Positions 10,783-21,004 of a stretch of 64,000 nt of DNA are shown piece by piece; position 1 is the first letter of the stretch, and every line of letters starts with the position of its first letter. A program made the translations under genes and the position numbers. Below the pieces are notes generated by a model. The model made no database searches and had not been told where the DNA came from. It was given only the letters and a program-made list of their open reading frames with translations. The stretch comes from Hyalangium minutum (GTDB taxonomy: Bacteria > Myxococcota > Myxococcia > Myxococcales > Myxococcaceae), in the NCBI RefSeq assembly GCF_000737315.1, contig NZ_JMCB01000001.1:186001-250000 (forward strand). Reading direction: 5' to 3'.

Positions 10783-11466
10783 TCAATTCACATCCCAGCA
10801 GGCGGCGATCTCCTCGCAGGCGAGCGCCAGGTTGTCCAACCGGCGCTGCTGCGCCTTGGGCGCCACGTACACCTTCCCCGCGAACACGTCGAACACGCGC
10901 ACCAGGCGGTGATCCACCGGCCCCTTCTGCTGCAGGTGCTCCTCCGCGTACAGGTGCAGCACCGTGGCGATGTACTGCCCGGACTGCTCGTTCAGCGGCG
11001 TGTGCTTCGAGAAGTACAGCTTCAGCAGCCCCGAGTGCATCTGCCCGTGCCGGTCCGCGCTGCGCAGCAGGAGCTCCGGCCGCACGTTGATCGTCACGCC
11101 GCTCAGCGCCATCGGCGGGAACTCCGGACCCGCGGGGCTCGCCACCGCGTTCGTCAGCGACAGCTCGTCGGCCGCCATCAGGAAGTGCTGCAGCGCCTCC
11201 GCGCACAAAGACAGCCGGTGCGCGTCGAAGTCCGACTCGGGCTTGGCGTTCAGCATGCGGCGCTGGTGGTAGCGCAGAATCACCTCATCACGGCCGCCGC
11301 AGAGGTACTCGACGATGGCTTGCGCGGCCTCCGGGTAGCGCAGGTACTGAGGGTCCACCGGGTGCTTCTGCGCGTGGATGATGCGCTTGCGCAGCGCCGG
11401 CGTCGCCGTCAGGTACTGCCCCAGCTTGTTCACCGAGACGCTCGGATTCGCACGAATGTCAGTCAT
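10783..11466 (-). CDS. Hypothetical protein, possible PD-(D/E)xK-like fold
   Basis: 227-aa ORF with coding-like codon usage; VTINVRPELLL...GLLKLYFSK segment. Confidence 0.6.
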   Translation of the reverse strand: MTDIRANPSVSVNKLGQYLTATPALRKRIIHAQKHPVDPQYLRYPEAAQAIVEYLCGGRDEVILRYHQRRMLNAKPESDFDAHRLSLCAEALQHFLMAADELSLTNAVASPAGPEFPPMALSGVTINVRPELLLRSADRHGQMHSGLLKLYFSKHTPLNEQSGQYIATVLHLYAEEHLQQKGPVDHRLVRVFDVFAGKVYVAPKAQQRRLDNLALACEEIAACWDVN

Positions 11467-11669
11467 TGTTCGACCCTTCCTTGCCGTTGCGGGAATAAAG
11501 AGAGACTACCGGTCAGGTCTGACATTCCCCGGCGAGCCAGGGTCCTCATCCCAGCGCAAAACCCACCTTGTCGCACACCTCGAATTCAGAGGGCTCCGGG
11601 CCCTACCTGCCGCGTTCCGGCGCCCGGCCGTGCGTACAATAGAAACGAAGACGTGGAGGAGACACGCGC

Positions 11670-12110
11670 GTGAAATACCCCCCCCGGCTGGGACACCTGG
11701 CCACCCGCCCCGTAGTAGTGAACCGGCTGGTGCCCACCTATGCGAAGGCCCACCAGATTGACGAACAGGAGGCCGCTCAGCGGCTGGAGCGCGCCATCGC
11801 CGGGCGCCTCTGGGAGGACCTGCTTGCGGCCACGTGGGAGGCGATGCAGAGCCGCGTGAAGCGGCTGGACGAGCAGAAGCTGCTGGAGAAGGTGTTCAAC
11901 ACGCTCGAGGATCGGCCCCTGCGCTATGGCCGGGTGGTGGAGCCCAACGCCGCCTGGAGCGCCTTCATGATGCTGCTGGACCTGGAGATCGGCACCGCGG
12001 GGGACGCGGCCCGCAAGGTGATGGAGTCCGAGCAGGGCCGGAAGATGATCAGCGCCGGGCTCGCGGAGGCGGGGATGTTCCTCGCCATCGAGCTGACCAA
12101 GGGAAAGTGA
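11670..12110 (+). CDS. Hypothetical helical protein
   Basis: GGAGG RBS before GTG, GC3-rich 146-aa ORF. Confidence 0.7.
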   Translation: MKYPPRLGHLATRPVVVNRLVPTYAKAHQIDEQEAAQRLERAIAGRLWEDLLAATWEAMQSRVKRLDEQKLLEKVFNTLEDRPLRYGRVVEPNAAWSAFMMLLDLEIGTAGDAARKVMESEQGRKMISAGLAEAGMFLAIELTKGK

Positions 12111-12223
12111 GCCCGCCTCCCCAGCGGCATTTCCACGGGGCCCAGGCTGTTGGCTCCACTCGACGACCCGAGCCGCCGTGCCCCTCGAGCAGCGGGGCGG
12201 GCGCCCCCTGAGAGACCCTGCAC

Positions 12224-13207
12224 GTGCTCATCCGGTACTCCGACTGGAAGCGGCCCACCGACGACGTCTATGCGTTCCGTCTGCGCACGGCCGCTGGCGC
12301 CGCCGAGCCAGGCGCGTTCATCCCCGCGCTGCCCGGCGTGGGGACCCAGAGCGACATCCGGGACGTCCTCCGCCGGGTGCTCGCGGACGGAGAGGCCGAG
12401 CGCTTCGAGCGCCAGATCGATCGCTGGTCCGGCCCCGAGGACGTGGTCGGAGAGGCGCGCGAGAAGCCTTACGCAGGGCAGCAGCACACCTTCGAGGAGC
12501 GCTCCCCGAGCGACACCCTCACGATGGCGGACGTGGACGCGGTGCTCCGAGGCATCGTCCTCGTGCTGCGCGGCAGCTCCGGTGCCACCGACTACGTGCT
12601 GCGTGACCACCACATGCTGGATGTGGCGCTGTACCACTATTGGACCACCGGCGAGCTGCCGAGCGCCCTCTTCCATGCAGACAGGCACTCGGACTGGTGC
12701 AAGGACAGCTACCTGGAGGCCCGCCGGCCCCAACAGGCGGCCACCTGGTGGGCGCTCATCGAGGGCCTCAAGCGCCCCAGCACCGGCGCTCCCGTGCTCT
12801 CCGAGCGGGCCGTCTTCTTCACCACCGCGGCGGCCGAGCGCTCCTCCCGGATGAGCGGGCGGGACATTGGCGCCTCGGTGCGCGTGCCCGGCTTCCTCGA
12901 TCCGGAGGGGCTCCGCTGGCCCCAGGTCCTCGAACAGCCCGGCGCCACCGAGGCGGACTGGGTCTCTCTGGATCTGGACTTCTTCCAGCCCTCACCCCAG
13001 CTCCGCGTCAGCAAGGGGCTGCTGCGAGACGCCCGCTTCCAGGGACTCCTCTCCGGCGCCCGGGTGCGCGTCTTCGTGCTCTCACCCCAGTTCACCAACG
13101 GTGGAGACCGGATCGATCCGTGGGTGATTCAGGGCCACCTGCATTCCTCGCTCCGGCTGCTCAACCTGCTGCGCCGCCCACTCCGCCTGGGGGTTCCCCA
13201 AGCCTGA
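12224..13207 (+). CDS. UPF0489-like / arginase-deacetylase-fold metalloprotein
   Basis: DHH, HADRHSD and SLDLDFF motifs. Confidence 0.6.
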   Translation: MLIRYSDWKRPTDDVYAFRLRTAAGAAEPGAFIPALPGVGTQSDIRDVLRRVLADGEAERFERQIDRWSGPEDVVGEAREKPYAGQQHTFEERSPSDTLTMADVDAVLRGIVLVLRGSSGATDYVLRDHHMLDVALYHYWTTGELPSALFHADRHSDWCKDSYLEARRPQQAATWWALIEGLKRPSTGAPVLSERAVFFTTAAAERSSRMSGRDIGASVRVPGFLDPEGLRWPQVLEQPGATEADWVSLDLDFFQPSPQLRVSKGLLRDARFQGLLSGARVRVFVLSPQFTNGGDRIDPWVIQGHLHSSLRLLNLLRRPLRLGVPQA

Positions 13208-13347
13208 GGCAGGCGTGTCAGCCGGCATGTCATTTCTTCGGCCTTCCAACGAGATTCCACTGTCACGGAACCTCTTGCGATAGCAGTTCCCATTTTTCTG
13301 AAACCCGATGACAATCTCCCCCCTCTGCAGTTGGGGATGGGTCATCG

Positions 13348-15492
13348 ATGCCTCAGGAGAAAGCGAAGAGCCCTGAGCAGCAGCCCTCGGAAGCGTCCGA
13401 GAGGCCCGATCCGACCCTGCCCGTAGGGAGCGGCGCTCCCGCCCCGGCAGGAGAGATGTCCCCCACCAACCTGCGCCCGGACGCCAAGAGCCCGGAGCAG
13501 TGGTGGGCGCCTCCGGAGACCTCTCCCGAGGGCCAACCCGGCTCCCCTCCCAAGGTCCCCACGCCCGTGACAGAGAAGAAGGACCCGCTCATCGGCACGG
13601 TGGTGGGCAGCTTCCGGCTCATCCGCAAGCTGGGCGGCGGCGGCATGGGCACCGTCTACCTGGGCGAGCACACCTTGATTGGCAGCAAGGTCGCCGTGAA
13701 GTTCCTCCACGAGCACTTCGCCTCCAATGAGGCCCTCGTCCAGCGCTTCCTCGCGGAAGCCCGCTCCGTCAACCTCATCGGCCACGAAAACATCATCAAC
13801 ATCTTCGACATGAGCCTGCTGCCTCCTCGCAGGCACTACCTCGTCATGGAGTACCTGGAGGGCAGCCCTCTCTCGTCCATGACGGGGAGCCCGCAGCCGC
13901 CCTCGGTGATCGTGCCGATCCTCACCCAGGTGTGCGATGCGCTTCAGGCGGCTCACCTCAACGGCGTGGTCCACCGGGACCTGAAGCCGGAGAACATCTT
14001 CCTCGTGCGGCATGACCGCACACCGCACTTCGTGAAGGTGCTGGACTTCGGCATCGCCAAGCTGCTCGACGGGGCGCACTCGCCGGGGCAGACCTCGATG
14101 GGCACCATCATCGGGACCCCGGAGTACATGGCTCCCGAGCAGTGGGCCGGCAAGGGCGTGGATGGGCGCACAGACCTGTACGCGCTGGGCATCATCTCCT
14201 ACGAGCTGCTCACCGGCCGCACGCCCTTCCCCAAGGGAGGGCTGGGGAGCCTGCTGCACGCCCACCTCCAGGAGCTGCCCCCTGCGCCCCACGAGCTGAC
14301 CCCGTCGGTGCCCCTGCCGCTCTCGCAGCTCGTCATGCGTGCCATGGCCAAGCGCCCGGAAGATCGCTTCCGGACCGCAGCCGAGATGCGCACCGCGCTG
14401 GAACAGGCACTCGCGGGGCAGGCACCGGCTCCGCTTCCGTCGCTCGCCACGCCCGCTCCTGCCCCAGTTCCCGCGGCCACACCGCCCTCGCTGCCGCTGG
14501 ACACGGCGATGGCCATTCCGGCGACGGCCCCCGCTCCGCCCCGGCGGCCCGCGTCTCCTCCGCCGCTCGAGGCCTTCGCCAAGGGGGTCCTCACTCCGGG
14601 CTCGGAGCCGCTCCGCATGAGCTGCACGGACCTGAGCCGCGCTGGGGCCTTCCTGTGCACCGAAGGCTCGCTGCCCCCGCTGCGCTCGCGCGTAGCGCTC
14701 ACCCTGGAGGTGCGCGGCCAGAACCTGCCCTGTACCGGCGAGGTTGTCCGCCACGTCACCCCGGCCCAGGCGGGCTCCTGGGGCATGCGCGCGGGCTTCG
14801 CCGTCCAGTTCATCAACCTGTCCGCCGAAGCCCGCGACGCCCTCTCCCGCCTCTCCCAGGGCCAGACAGCGCCCTCGGCCACCCCCAAGGTGCTCTCGGA
14901 CGATCCGCAGGCGGAGTCGCTGCTGACCATGCTCCAGCAGCGCATGAACGCCGACCCGTACGTGCTGCTGTCACTCCCCCAGAACGCCACGTTCGATGAA
15001 GTTCGCCAGCACGGCCGCGCCGCCACGAGCGCCCTGGAGACCATCGCCGCCCGGCCGCTGTCGGCCCGCCAGGCGAAGGAGCTCTCCGAGATGCGCTCGC
15101 GCATCGAGAAGGCCGCGGACCTGCTGGGACACCCCCGCCAGCGCATCGAGCACGACGCCTGGCGCGCCAACTACGCGGGCGTGGCCCGGTGCATCTCCAG
15201 CGGCCTCACCGCCACCGAGATCGAGTCCCTGCGCGCCCGCTACCTGGTGGCCCACCCAGGCACGGAGGCGCGCGAGCGCATCCACGCCGCCACCGCCTCC
15301 GCCTGGGAATCCCAAGGCAGCATCGGCCTGGCCCTGGCCGAATACGAGAAGGCGCTCGCCGCCGACCCGCTCAACCTGCAGCTCCAGCAGCGCTACTGGA
15401 ACCTCAAGCAGCGCGGCGTGAAGCCCACCCCACCCCCGGAGAGCAGCTCCAAAGAGGGCCAGGACGTGCCGGGGCTGCGGCGCCGCCGCTAG
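13348..15492 (+). CDS. Hanks-type Ser/Thr protein kinase with PilZ-like (TIGR02266-type) domain, J-like and TPR-like C-terminus
   Basis: LGGGGMGTVY, VAVK, HRDLKPEN, DFG, GTPEYMAPE; DLSRAGAFL...GFAVQF PilZ-like; DPYVLLSL J-like helix. Confidence 0.92.
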   Translation: MPQEKAKSPEQQPSEASERPDPTLPVGSGAPAPAGEMSPTNLRPDAKSPEQWWAPPETSPEGQPGSPPKVPTPVTEKKDPLIGTVVGSFRLIRKLGGGGMGTVYLGEHTLIGSKVAVKFLHEHFASNEALVQRFLAEARSVNLIGHENIINIFDMSLLPPRRHYLVMEYLEGSPLSSMTGSPQPPSVIVPILTQVCDALQAAHLNGVVHRDLKPENIFLVRHDRTPHFVKVLDFGIAKLLDGAHSPGQTSMGTIIGTPEYMAPEQWAGKGVDGRTDLYALGIISYELLTGRTPFPKGGLGSLLHAHLQELPPAPHELTPSVPLPLSQLVMRAMAKRPEDRFRTAAEMRTALEQALAGQAPAPLPSLATPAPAPVPAATPPSLPLDTAMAIPATAPAPPRRPASPPPLEAFAKGVLTPGSEPLRMSCTDLSRAGAFLCTEGSLPPLRSRVALTLEVRGQNLPCTGEVVRHVTPAQAGSWGMRAGFAVQFINLSAEARDALSRLSQGQTAPSATPKVLSDDPQAESLLTMLQQRMNADPYVLLSLPQNATFDEVRQHGRAATSALETIAARPLSARQAKELSEMRSRIEKAADLLGHPRQRIEHDAWRANYAGVARCISSGLTATEIESLRARYLVAHPGTEARERIHAATASAWESQGSIGLALAEYEKALAADPLNLQLQQRYWNLKQRGVKPTPPPESSSKEGQDVPGLRRRR

Positions 15493-15510
15493 TCAGCGCG
15501 CGAGGCCTCC

Positions 15511-17427
15511 TTACTTCGGCATGAAGTTGAAGGCCTTGAGCATGAGGATGAAGATGCCCATGAGGCTCTCGCCCGCGAGGAAGCCAGAGCCCACGGGGAA
15601 CACGGCGGCCTCCGCCACCTTCGGCTTGCGCCGGCGCAGGTACTCCGCGATGCCCGCGCCGATGCAGAAGCTGATCGAGCTGGAGCCGGGGATGACGATG
15701 GCCAGCCCGAAGCCCGCGGCCGATGGAATGTAGGGCTTCGCGGCCTTCGGGGCCCACCGGTCCAGCAGCACCAGGGCGATGCCCAGCAGCCCTCCGCACA
15801 GTGCTCCCATGCGGGCGCTGGGGTGCAGCGCCTCCAGGCCCACCGACAGCATCTTGGAGACGCCCGCCCAGACCATCACGCCCGGAGCGGGGAACTCCTC
15901 ACCGCCCAGGACCTGCGCATCCGGCACGAGCAGGTTGAAGGCGGGCACCACGATGGCCGCGCCCGCCACCACGCCAAAGAGCTGGCCGATGAGCTGCTGC
16001 CGGGGGTTACCGCCGAGCAGCCATCCGGACTTGAGATCGATCAGCAGATCCGCCGCGTGCAGGCCGACGCCACCTGTGGCATTGGCACTCATGACGTTGG
16101 CGGCCACGTTGCCGGGCGCCAGCCCTCCGTAGATGAGCTGCGTGACAGGGCCGAGTGCCTTGGTCGGCGTGGTGTCCGTCTCTCCGGTGACCCGGGCGGC
16201 GATGAAGCCCATCACCACGGCGAGCGGCAGCGCGAGCACGCCGGCCCACACGGGGATCTGGAAGAGGTACGCCATCAGCGCCACGGCGACGGGCCCCAGG
16301 ATGGCGAAGCCCATGGGGAACCAGGAGGGAGGAACCTCGATGGCGGCCAGGGGATCCTGGGTGGCCTCGTGCTTCTTCCGGAACAAGCCCGAGAGAGCCT
16401 GGAGCGAGCGGGCCACGCTGCGCCACTGGAACGCGAAAGAGAGCACCCCCGAGGTGACGAGCAGCGCCGCGCCCGTCCACAGCATCCAGGTGTTGATGGC
16501 CTTCTGGGTGACGGCGGTGATGAAGCCCTGATCCACCATGGCGGGAGCCAGGAAGCCATAGGTGAGGACAGCGCCCAGGAGCATGGACCAGCCGGTCTTC
16601 CAGGTCATCAGCATGCCGCCGCCGATGAGCAGCAGGCTCGGCTCGAAGGCCAGGCCCCAGTCCTTCAATGGACGGTCCCGGAGGGTGGCCCAGGGCAGAA
16701 TGCTCTTCTTTTCCATGATCGGCAGCGGCAGGCGAAGGAACTCGGGGGCATGAGTGTTGAGCCAGGCGCTCTTCGCGTCCCGCAGCACCGCGACGATGGC
16801 ACCGATCAATCCCGCGATGCCGAGCAGCCGTGACTTCTGCCGTGCCACCTCGCCGTGGCCGTGGAGCGCCTTGATGGTCTCGGCGGTGGCGATGCCGGAG
16901 GGGAACGGCAGCGCCTCGATGTTGACGAGCTGGCGCTTGATGGGGATGGCGGCAAAGACACCCAGCGCGGCGATGACGGCGAACCACAGCACCAGCCAGC
17001 CCGTGCCGGGCAGCGTGCCAGTGAGCACCAGCAACGCGGGCACGGCGGCCATGTTGCCGCCTCCCGTCATGTAGCCCGCCGCCGACGCCACCGAGCCCAT
17101 GGCGTTGTTCTCCAGCGGAGAGAAGTCCTCCCGGAACACGCGCAGCTGGCGCATCAGGTTGAAGAAGGAGAACGCCAGGATGCAGGCGGTCACGGTGACG
17201 CCCATGCTCCAGCCCGTCTTCAGGATGATGTACAGGTTGGACAGGCACATCACCATGCCGATGAGCATGCCGGCCACGATGGCGCGCGGCGTGAGCTGGC
17301 GCGCGCCGCCCTGGTACACGTTCTCCAGCCAGTAGCGCTCCGGGTCCTGGCCCTCGGCGGGCGCGGCCACCGGCGGAGCGTCGTGGGGATCGTGGCGAGG
17401 CGTCTCGTTGGCGGCGGGCTGAGTCAT
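15511..17427 (-). CDS. OPT family oligopeptide transporter
   Basis: QLTPRAIVAGMLIG, LKTG, ENN, FPSGIATAE, DLKSG, FPAP motifs; many TM helices. Confidence 0.9.
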   Translation of the reverse strand: MTQPAANETPRHDPHDAPPVAAPAEGQDPERYWLENVYQGGARQLTPRAIVAGMLIGMVMCLSNLYIILKTGWSMGVTVTACILAFSFFNLMRQLRVFREDFSPLENNAMGSVASAAGYMTGGGNMAAVPALLVLTGTLPGTGWLVLWFAVIAALGVFAAIPIKRQLVNIEALPFPSGIATAETIKALHGHGEVARQKSRLLGIAGLIGAIVAVLRDAKSAWLNTHAPEFLRLPLPIMEKKSILPWATLRDRPLKDWGLAFEPSLLLIGGGMLMTWKTGWSMLLGAVLTYGFLAPAMVDQGFITAVTQKAINTWMLWTGAALLVTSGVLSFAFQWRSVARSLQALSGLFRKKHEATQDPLAAIEVPPSWFPMGFAILGPVAVALMAYLFQIPVWAGVLALPLAVVMGFIAARVTGETDTTPTKALGPVTQLIYGGLAPGNVAANVMSANATGGVGLHAADLLIDLKSGWLLGGNPRQQLIGQLFGVVAGAAIVVPAFNLLVPDAQVLGGEEFPAPGVMVWAGVSKMLSVGLEALHPSARMGALCGGLLGIALVLLDRWAPKAAKPYIPSAAGFGLAIVIPGSSSISFCIGAGIAEYLRRRKPKVAEAAVFPVGSGFLAGESLMGIFILMLKAFNFMPK

Positions 17428-17679
17428 TGGGAGCGCAACGATAATGCACCTGCCCGGAATCACCGAACGCCTCCACCAAGCGGGCAGCCGGCGTCCCTTC
17501 CCCGGCGGAAGAGGGCCTCGCCCTCACGCCCGGGGTACGTCACCACGCAGAGTGTTCACCCCCCGGAATTCGACGAGCGAGGAGTGTTCGCCAGCCCATG
17601 GCGCTGGCCCATGGCGGTGGCAGGCCCCCGCTCCCCACGCCATGAGAGAGGTTCCACTGCTGGTCTCCGGAGCCTCTTG

Positions 17680-18903
17680 ATGCTCTCCTTGCTTTCCCGT
17701 TGGAGCCGCGCCCTGCTCCTCCTGACGCTCGCCTGTGCCTCCTGCTCTGAACGTCAGAGCCCCGCTCAGCCGCCTCCTCCCGAGGGCCCCAATCCTCAGG
17801 AGGACACGGCCCTCAGCAACGTGCTGCGGCCCGAGCGCCAGGTCTTCCGCCCAGAGCTGCTCCAGAACCTCACGCTCCCCCCTGGCTTCGCGGTCTCTGT
17901 GTTCGCGCAGGATCTGGGTGCCCCGCGGATGATGGCCGAGGGACCGGATGGGTCGCTCTACGTCACGCGGCCGAAGCAGTCAGATGTGGTGCGGCTTCGG
18001 GACACGAACGGGGATGGCCGCGCCGAGGCGCCGAGCGTGGTCCTCTCAGGACTCAAGGACGTGCATGGCCTCGCCCTGCACCAGGGACGAGCCTATGTCG
18101 CCACGCCCACCCAGGTTCACGTCGTGGAGGTGCTGGGGGATGGCAGCTGGGGCTCTCCCCAGCTCCTGGTGGACCGGCTTCCGGATGGAGGCCAGCACGC
18201 CAATCGCACGCTCGCCGTGGGGCCTGATGGCAAGCTCTACCTCTCGGTGGGCAGCAGCTGCAACGCGTGCGACGAGACCAACGAAGAACACGCGACGCTG
18301 CTGCGGGTGAACCTGGATGGCAAGGGCCGGGAGATTTTCGCCCGGGGTCTGCGCAACACCATCGGCTTCGGCTGGCACCCGCAGTCGGGAGAGCTGTGGG
18401 GCATGGATCATGGCAGCGACCACCGCGGCGATGACATTCCTCCCGAGGAGCTCAACCGGCTGGTGCAAGGAAAGGACTACGGATGGCCTTATGCCTTTGG
18501 CCAGCAGCAGCCCGATCCGGTGATCGACGAGCCGAAGAACATGACCAAGGCGGAGTACGTGGCGAAGACGGAGCCGGCCGTCCTCACCTATCCGGCCCAC
18601 AGCGCCCCCATCGGGATGGTCTTCTACACGGGGGTGGCCTTCCCGGCCGAGTACCAGGGGGATGCGTTCGTCGCCATGAGGGGCTCGTGGAACCGCAAGC
18701 CCGCCACTGGCTACAAGCTGGTGCGCATCGACTTCAATGGCGGCCAACCCCAGCGCTTCGAGGACTTCATGACGGGCTTCCTGCTCGAAGAGGGCCGTGC
18801 CCACTTCGGGCGGCTGGCCGGCGTGACGCAGACACGGGACGGGGCGCTGCTGCTCGGAGATGACACCAACGGGGTCATCTACCGCATCACCTACAAGAAC
18901 TGA
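17680..18903 (+). CDS. PQQ-dependent sugar/sorbosone dehydrogenase family lipoprotein
   Basis: Lipobox-like CASC, GPDGKLYLSVGS, ARGLRN, PPEELN, DYGWP, HSAPIG. Confidence 0.88.
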   Translation: MLSLLSRWSRALLLLTLACASCSERQSPAQPPPPEGPNPQEDTALSNVLRPERQVFRPELLQNLTLPPGFAVSVFAQDLGAPRMMAEGPDGSLYVTRPKQSDVVRLRDTNGDGRAEAPSVVLSGLKDVHGLALHQGRAYVATPTQVHVVEVLGDGSWGSPQLLVDRLPDGGQHANRTLAVGPDGKLYLSVGSSCNACDETNEEHATLLRVNLDGKGREIFARGLRNTIGFGWHPQSGELWGMDHGSDHRGDDIPPEELNRLVQGKDYGWPYAFGQQQPDPVIDEPKNMTKAEYVAKTEPAVLTYPAHSAPIGMVFYTGVAFPAEYQGDAFVAMRGSWNRKPATGYKLVRIDFNGGQPQRFEDFMTGFLLEEGRAHFGRLAGVTQTRDGALLLGDDTNGVIYRITYKN

Positions 18904-18922
18904 GCCCCGTCCCCTCTTTCAG

Positions 18923-19471
18923 CTACTTGTGCTTGTGGCCATGGCCGTGGTCGTGGTCGTGGTCGTGGTCATGATCATGGCCGCCGTGATCGTGGGCGCC
19001 GCCCGGCCCGTGAGCGTGGCCGTGAGAGAGCTCCTCGGCCGTGGCGTCCCGGACGTCCTTCACGGTGACGTCGAAGTGCAGCGTCTTGCCCGCCAGCGGG
19101 TGGTTCAGGTCGACAATGACCGTCTCGCCCTTCACCTCGTGGATGCCGATGGGGATGACCTCGCCGCCGTCGGTCTGCGCGGCCAGCCGCATGCCCGGCT
19201 TGAGCTCGGCGTCGGCGGGGAACATGGTGCGCGGTACTTCCTGGAGGCCCCGAGCGTCATGCTCGCCGTAGCCCTGCGCGGGAGGGACCACCACCTGCTT
19301 GGCCTCGCCGGCGGCCAGGCCTTCGAGGGCCTTTTCGAGGCCAGGGACGATCTGACCGCGCCCATGCAGGTAGGAGAGAGGCTGGCCGGGCTCGCTCTGG
19401 TCGATGATCTGTCCGTCGCCCAGGTGCAGCTTGTACTCCAACGCAATGATGCGGTCCTTGCCGATCTTCAT
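18923..19471 (-). CDS. slyD: FKBP-type peptidyl-prolyl isomerase SlyD with His-rich tail
   Basis: YLHGRGQIVPGLE, VDLNHPLAGKTLHF, HGHAHGPGG(HD)n tail. Confidence 0.95.
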   Translation of the reverse strand: MKIGKDRIIALEYKLHLGDGQIIDQSEPGQPLSYLHGRGQIVPGLEKALEGLAAGEAKQVVVPPAQGYGEHDARGLQEVPRTMFPADAELKPGMRLAAQTDGGEVIPIGIHEVKGETVIVDLNHPLAGKTLHFDVTVKDVRDATAEELSHGHAHGPGGAHDHGGHDHDHDHDHDHGHGHKHK

Positions 19472-19706
19472 GAAGCGGCTCCTCGTGCTTCAACTGCGGG
19501 TGGTACTGCATTCAGGAAGTGTGCGAGCAGTGCTCCCCGTGCGCATGGCACAGACATGACACGGCAGAGCGAGCGAGCCCCAGCCCGGCGGGCCGATGTG
19601 CCAGAGGGAAGGGAGCTGTAGCGCGCGTTCAGGATGGGAAGCTCAGGGTGAGTCGGCAGGTATATCGCGCTTGAGCAAGGCTCGTCGCTCGGAGAGAAGC
19701 AGCCCG

Positions 19707-20987
19707 TCAAGAGGCAGACGGCTCGGCGGCACCCTCTAGCGGGGCATCGTCGTCCGGCTCGCCCCGAGCGACATAGAGGGCCGCAGCCAGATCCCCGGTG
19801 ACGTTGAGGGTGGTGCGGCACATGTCCAGGAATCGATCCACGCCCAGGATGAGCCCAATACCCTCGGTGGGGATCTTGAACATGCCCAGGATCATCAGGA
19901 CGACCGGGAGTGAGCCCGCGGGGACGCCTGCGGTGCCGATACCCGCGAGCACACAGATGAACATGATGACCGCCTGATCCCCGAGGCTCAGGGGCACGCC
20001 GTACACCTGCGCGAGGAAGAGCACAGTCACACCCTCGAAGAGCGCGGTGCCGTTCTGGTTCATGGCGGCGCCCGCGGTGAGAACGAAGCGGGACACGTGG
20101 CGCGGCAGGCGCAGGTTCTCCTCGGCGACTTTGAGCGCGGTGGGCAGGGTGGCGCTGGACGAGGCGGTGGAGAAGGCGGTGGCCATGGCGAGGCGGATGT
20201 CGCGGAAGAAGCTCACCGGGCTGCGGCCTCCGAGGAAGCGCACCGAGAGCGAGTACACCCCAAACATGTGCAGCCCGAGCGCCAGCAGCACCACCGCCAC
20301 GTACGAGAGAATCTGCTGCAGCACTTCCACGCCCAACTGCGCCATCACGGAGAACAGCAGCGCGGCGACACCGTAGGGCGCCAGCTTCAGCACGCCGTCG
20401 ATGAGCCGCATCATCACGTCATAGAGGCCCTGGATGGTCTCGCGCAGGCGGAGCGCGGCGGGCGTCTGCGTCAGGGCGAGCCCGGTGCCGAAAATGAGCG
20501 AGAAGAGGATGAGGCCAATCATGTCCCCGTCCGCCGCAGTGCGGATGGGGTTGTCGGGCACCATGTTGACGATGAGCGCGGCGGGCGACGTGCTGCTGGG
20601 CGCGGGCGCGGCCTTCATGGCGGCGGGGTTGTTCTTCGCGGCGGCACGGGCCTCTTCGCTGAAACCAGCCCCCGGCTGCAGCGTGTTGACCAGAAGCAGT
20701 CCGAGAAGCACGGCCAGGGAGGAGAAAACCACGGTGTAGACGACGGTCTTCAGCCCGAGCCGGCCAATCTGCTTCAGGTCCAGCTCACACACGCCCATCA
20801 CCAGGGCGGCAAAGAGCAGCGGCACCACCAGCATGAGCAGCAGTCGGATGAAGATCCTCCCCACGGGCTGGGTGAAGTTTGTCACCACGCTGGTGAGCCA
20901 GGCAGAGTCCCCAGCGACCGCATGGGCCACGAGTCCGGCCACGGTGCCGAAGAGAATGTCCACGAGCATCTTCTGGTGTGCCTTCAT
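19707..20987 (-). CDS. Dicarboxylate/amino acid:cation symporter (DAACS)
   Basis: FSTASSSATLP, GAAMNQNGT, GTAGVP, GVDRFLDMCRT. Confidence 0.93.
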   Translation of the reverse strand: MKAHQKMLVDILFGTVAGLVAHAVAGDSAWLTSVVTNFTQPVGRIFIRLLLMLVVPLLFAALVMGVCELDLKQIGRLGLKTVVYTVVFSSLAVLLGLLLVNTLQPGAGFSEEARAAAKNNPAAMKAAPAPSSTSPAALIVNMVPDNPIRTAADGDMIGLILFSLIFGTGLALTQTPAALRLRETIQGLYDVMMRLIDGVLKLAPYGVAALLFSVMAQLGVEVLQQILSYVAVVLLALGLHMFGVYSLSVRFLGGRSPVSFFRDIRLAMATAFSTASSSATLPTALKVAEENLRLPRHVSRFVLTAGAAMNQNGTALFEGVTVLFLAQVYGVPLSLGDQAVIMFICVLAGIGTAGVPAGSLPVVLMILGMFKIPTEGIGLILGVDRFLDMCRTTLNVTGDLAAALYVARGEPDDDAPLEGAAEPSAS

Positions 20988-21004
20988 CCCGGCGCAGCCT
21001 AACG

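Noticed and set aside
13216-13313. Repeated TGTCA/TGACA words upstream of the kinase
   Set aside because: Spacing is irregular and the words are too short to support a binding-site call without comparative data.
18935-18990. (gtggtc)n short tandem repeat as a contingency locus
   Set aside because: It encodes the normal SlyD His/Asp tail and stays in frame.
19616-19632. Possible LexA box (ctgtag-cgcgc-gttcag) near slyD
   Set aside because: Spacer is one base too long for a CTGAAC-N4-GTTCAG-type palindrome and the left half is weak; no such box was seen upstream of uvrA or the glycosylase.
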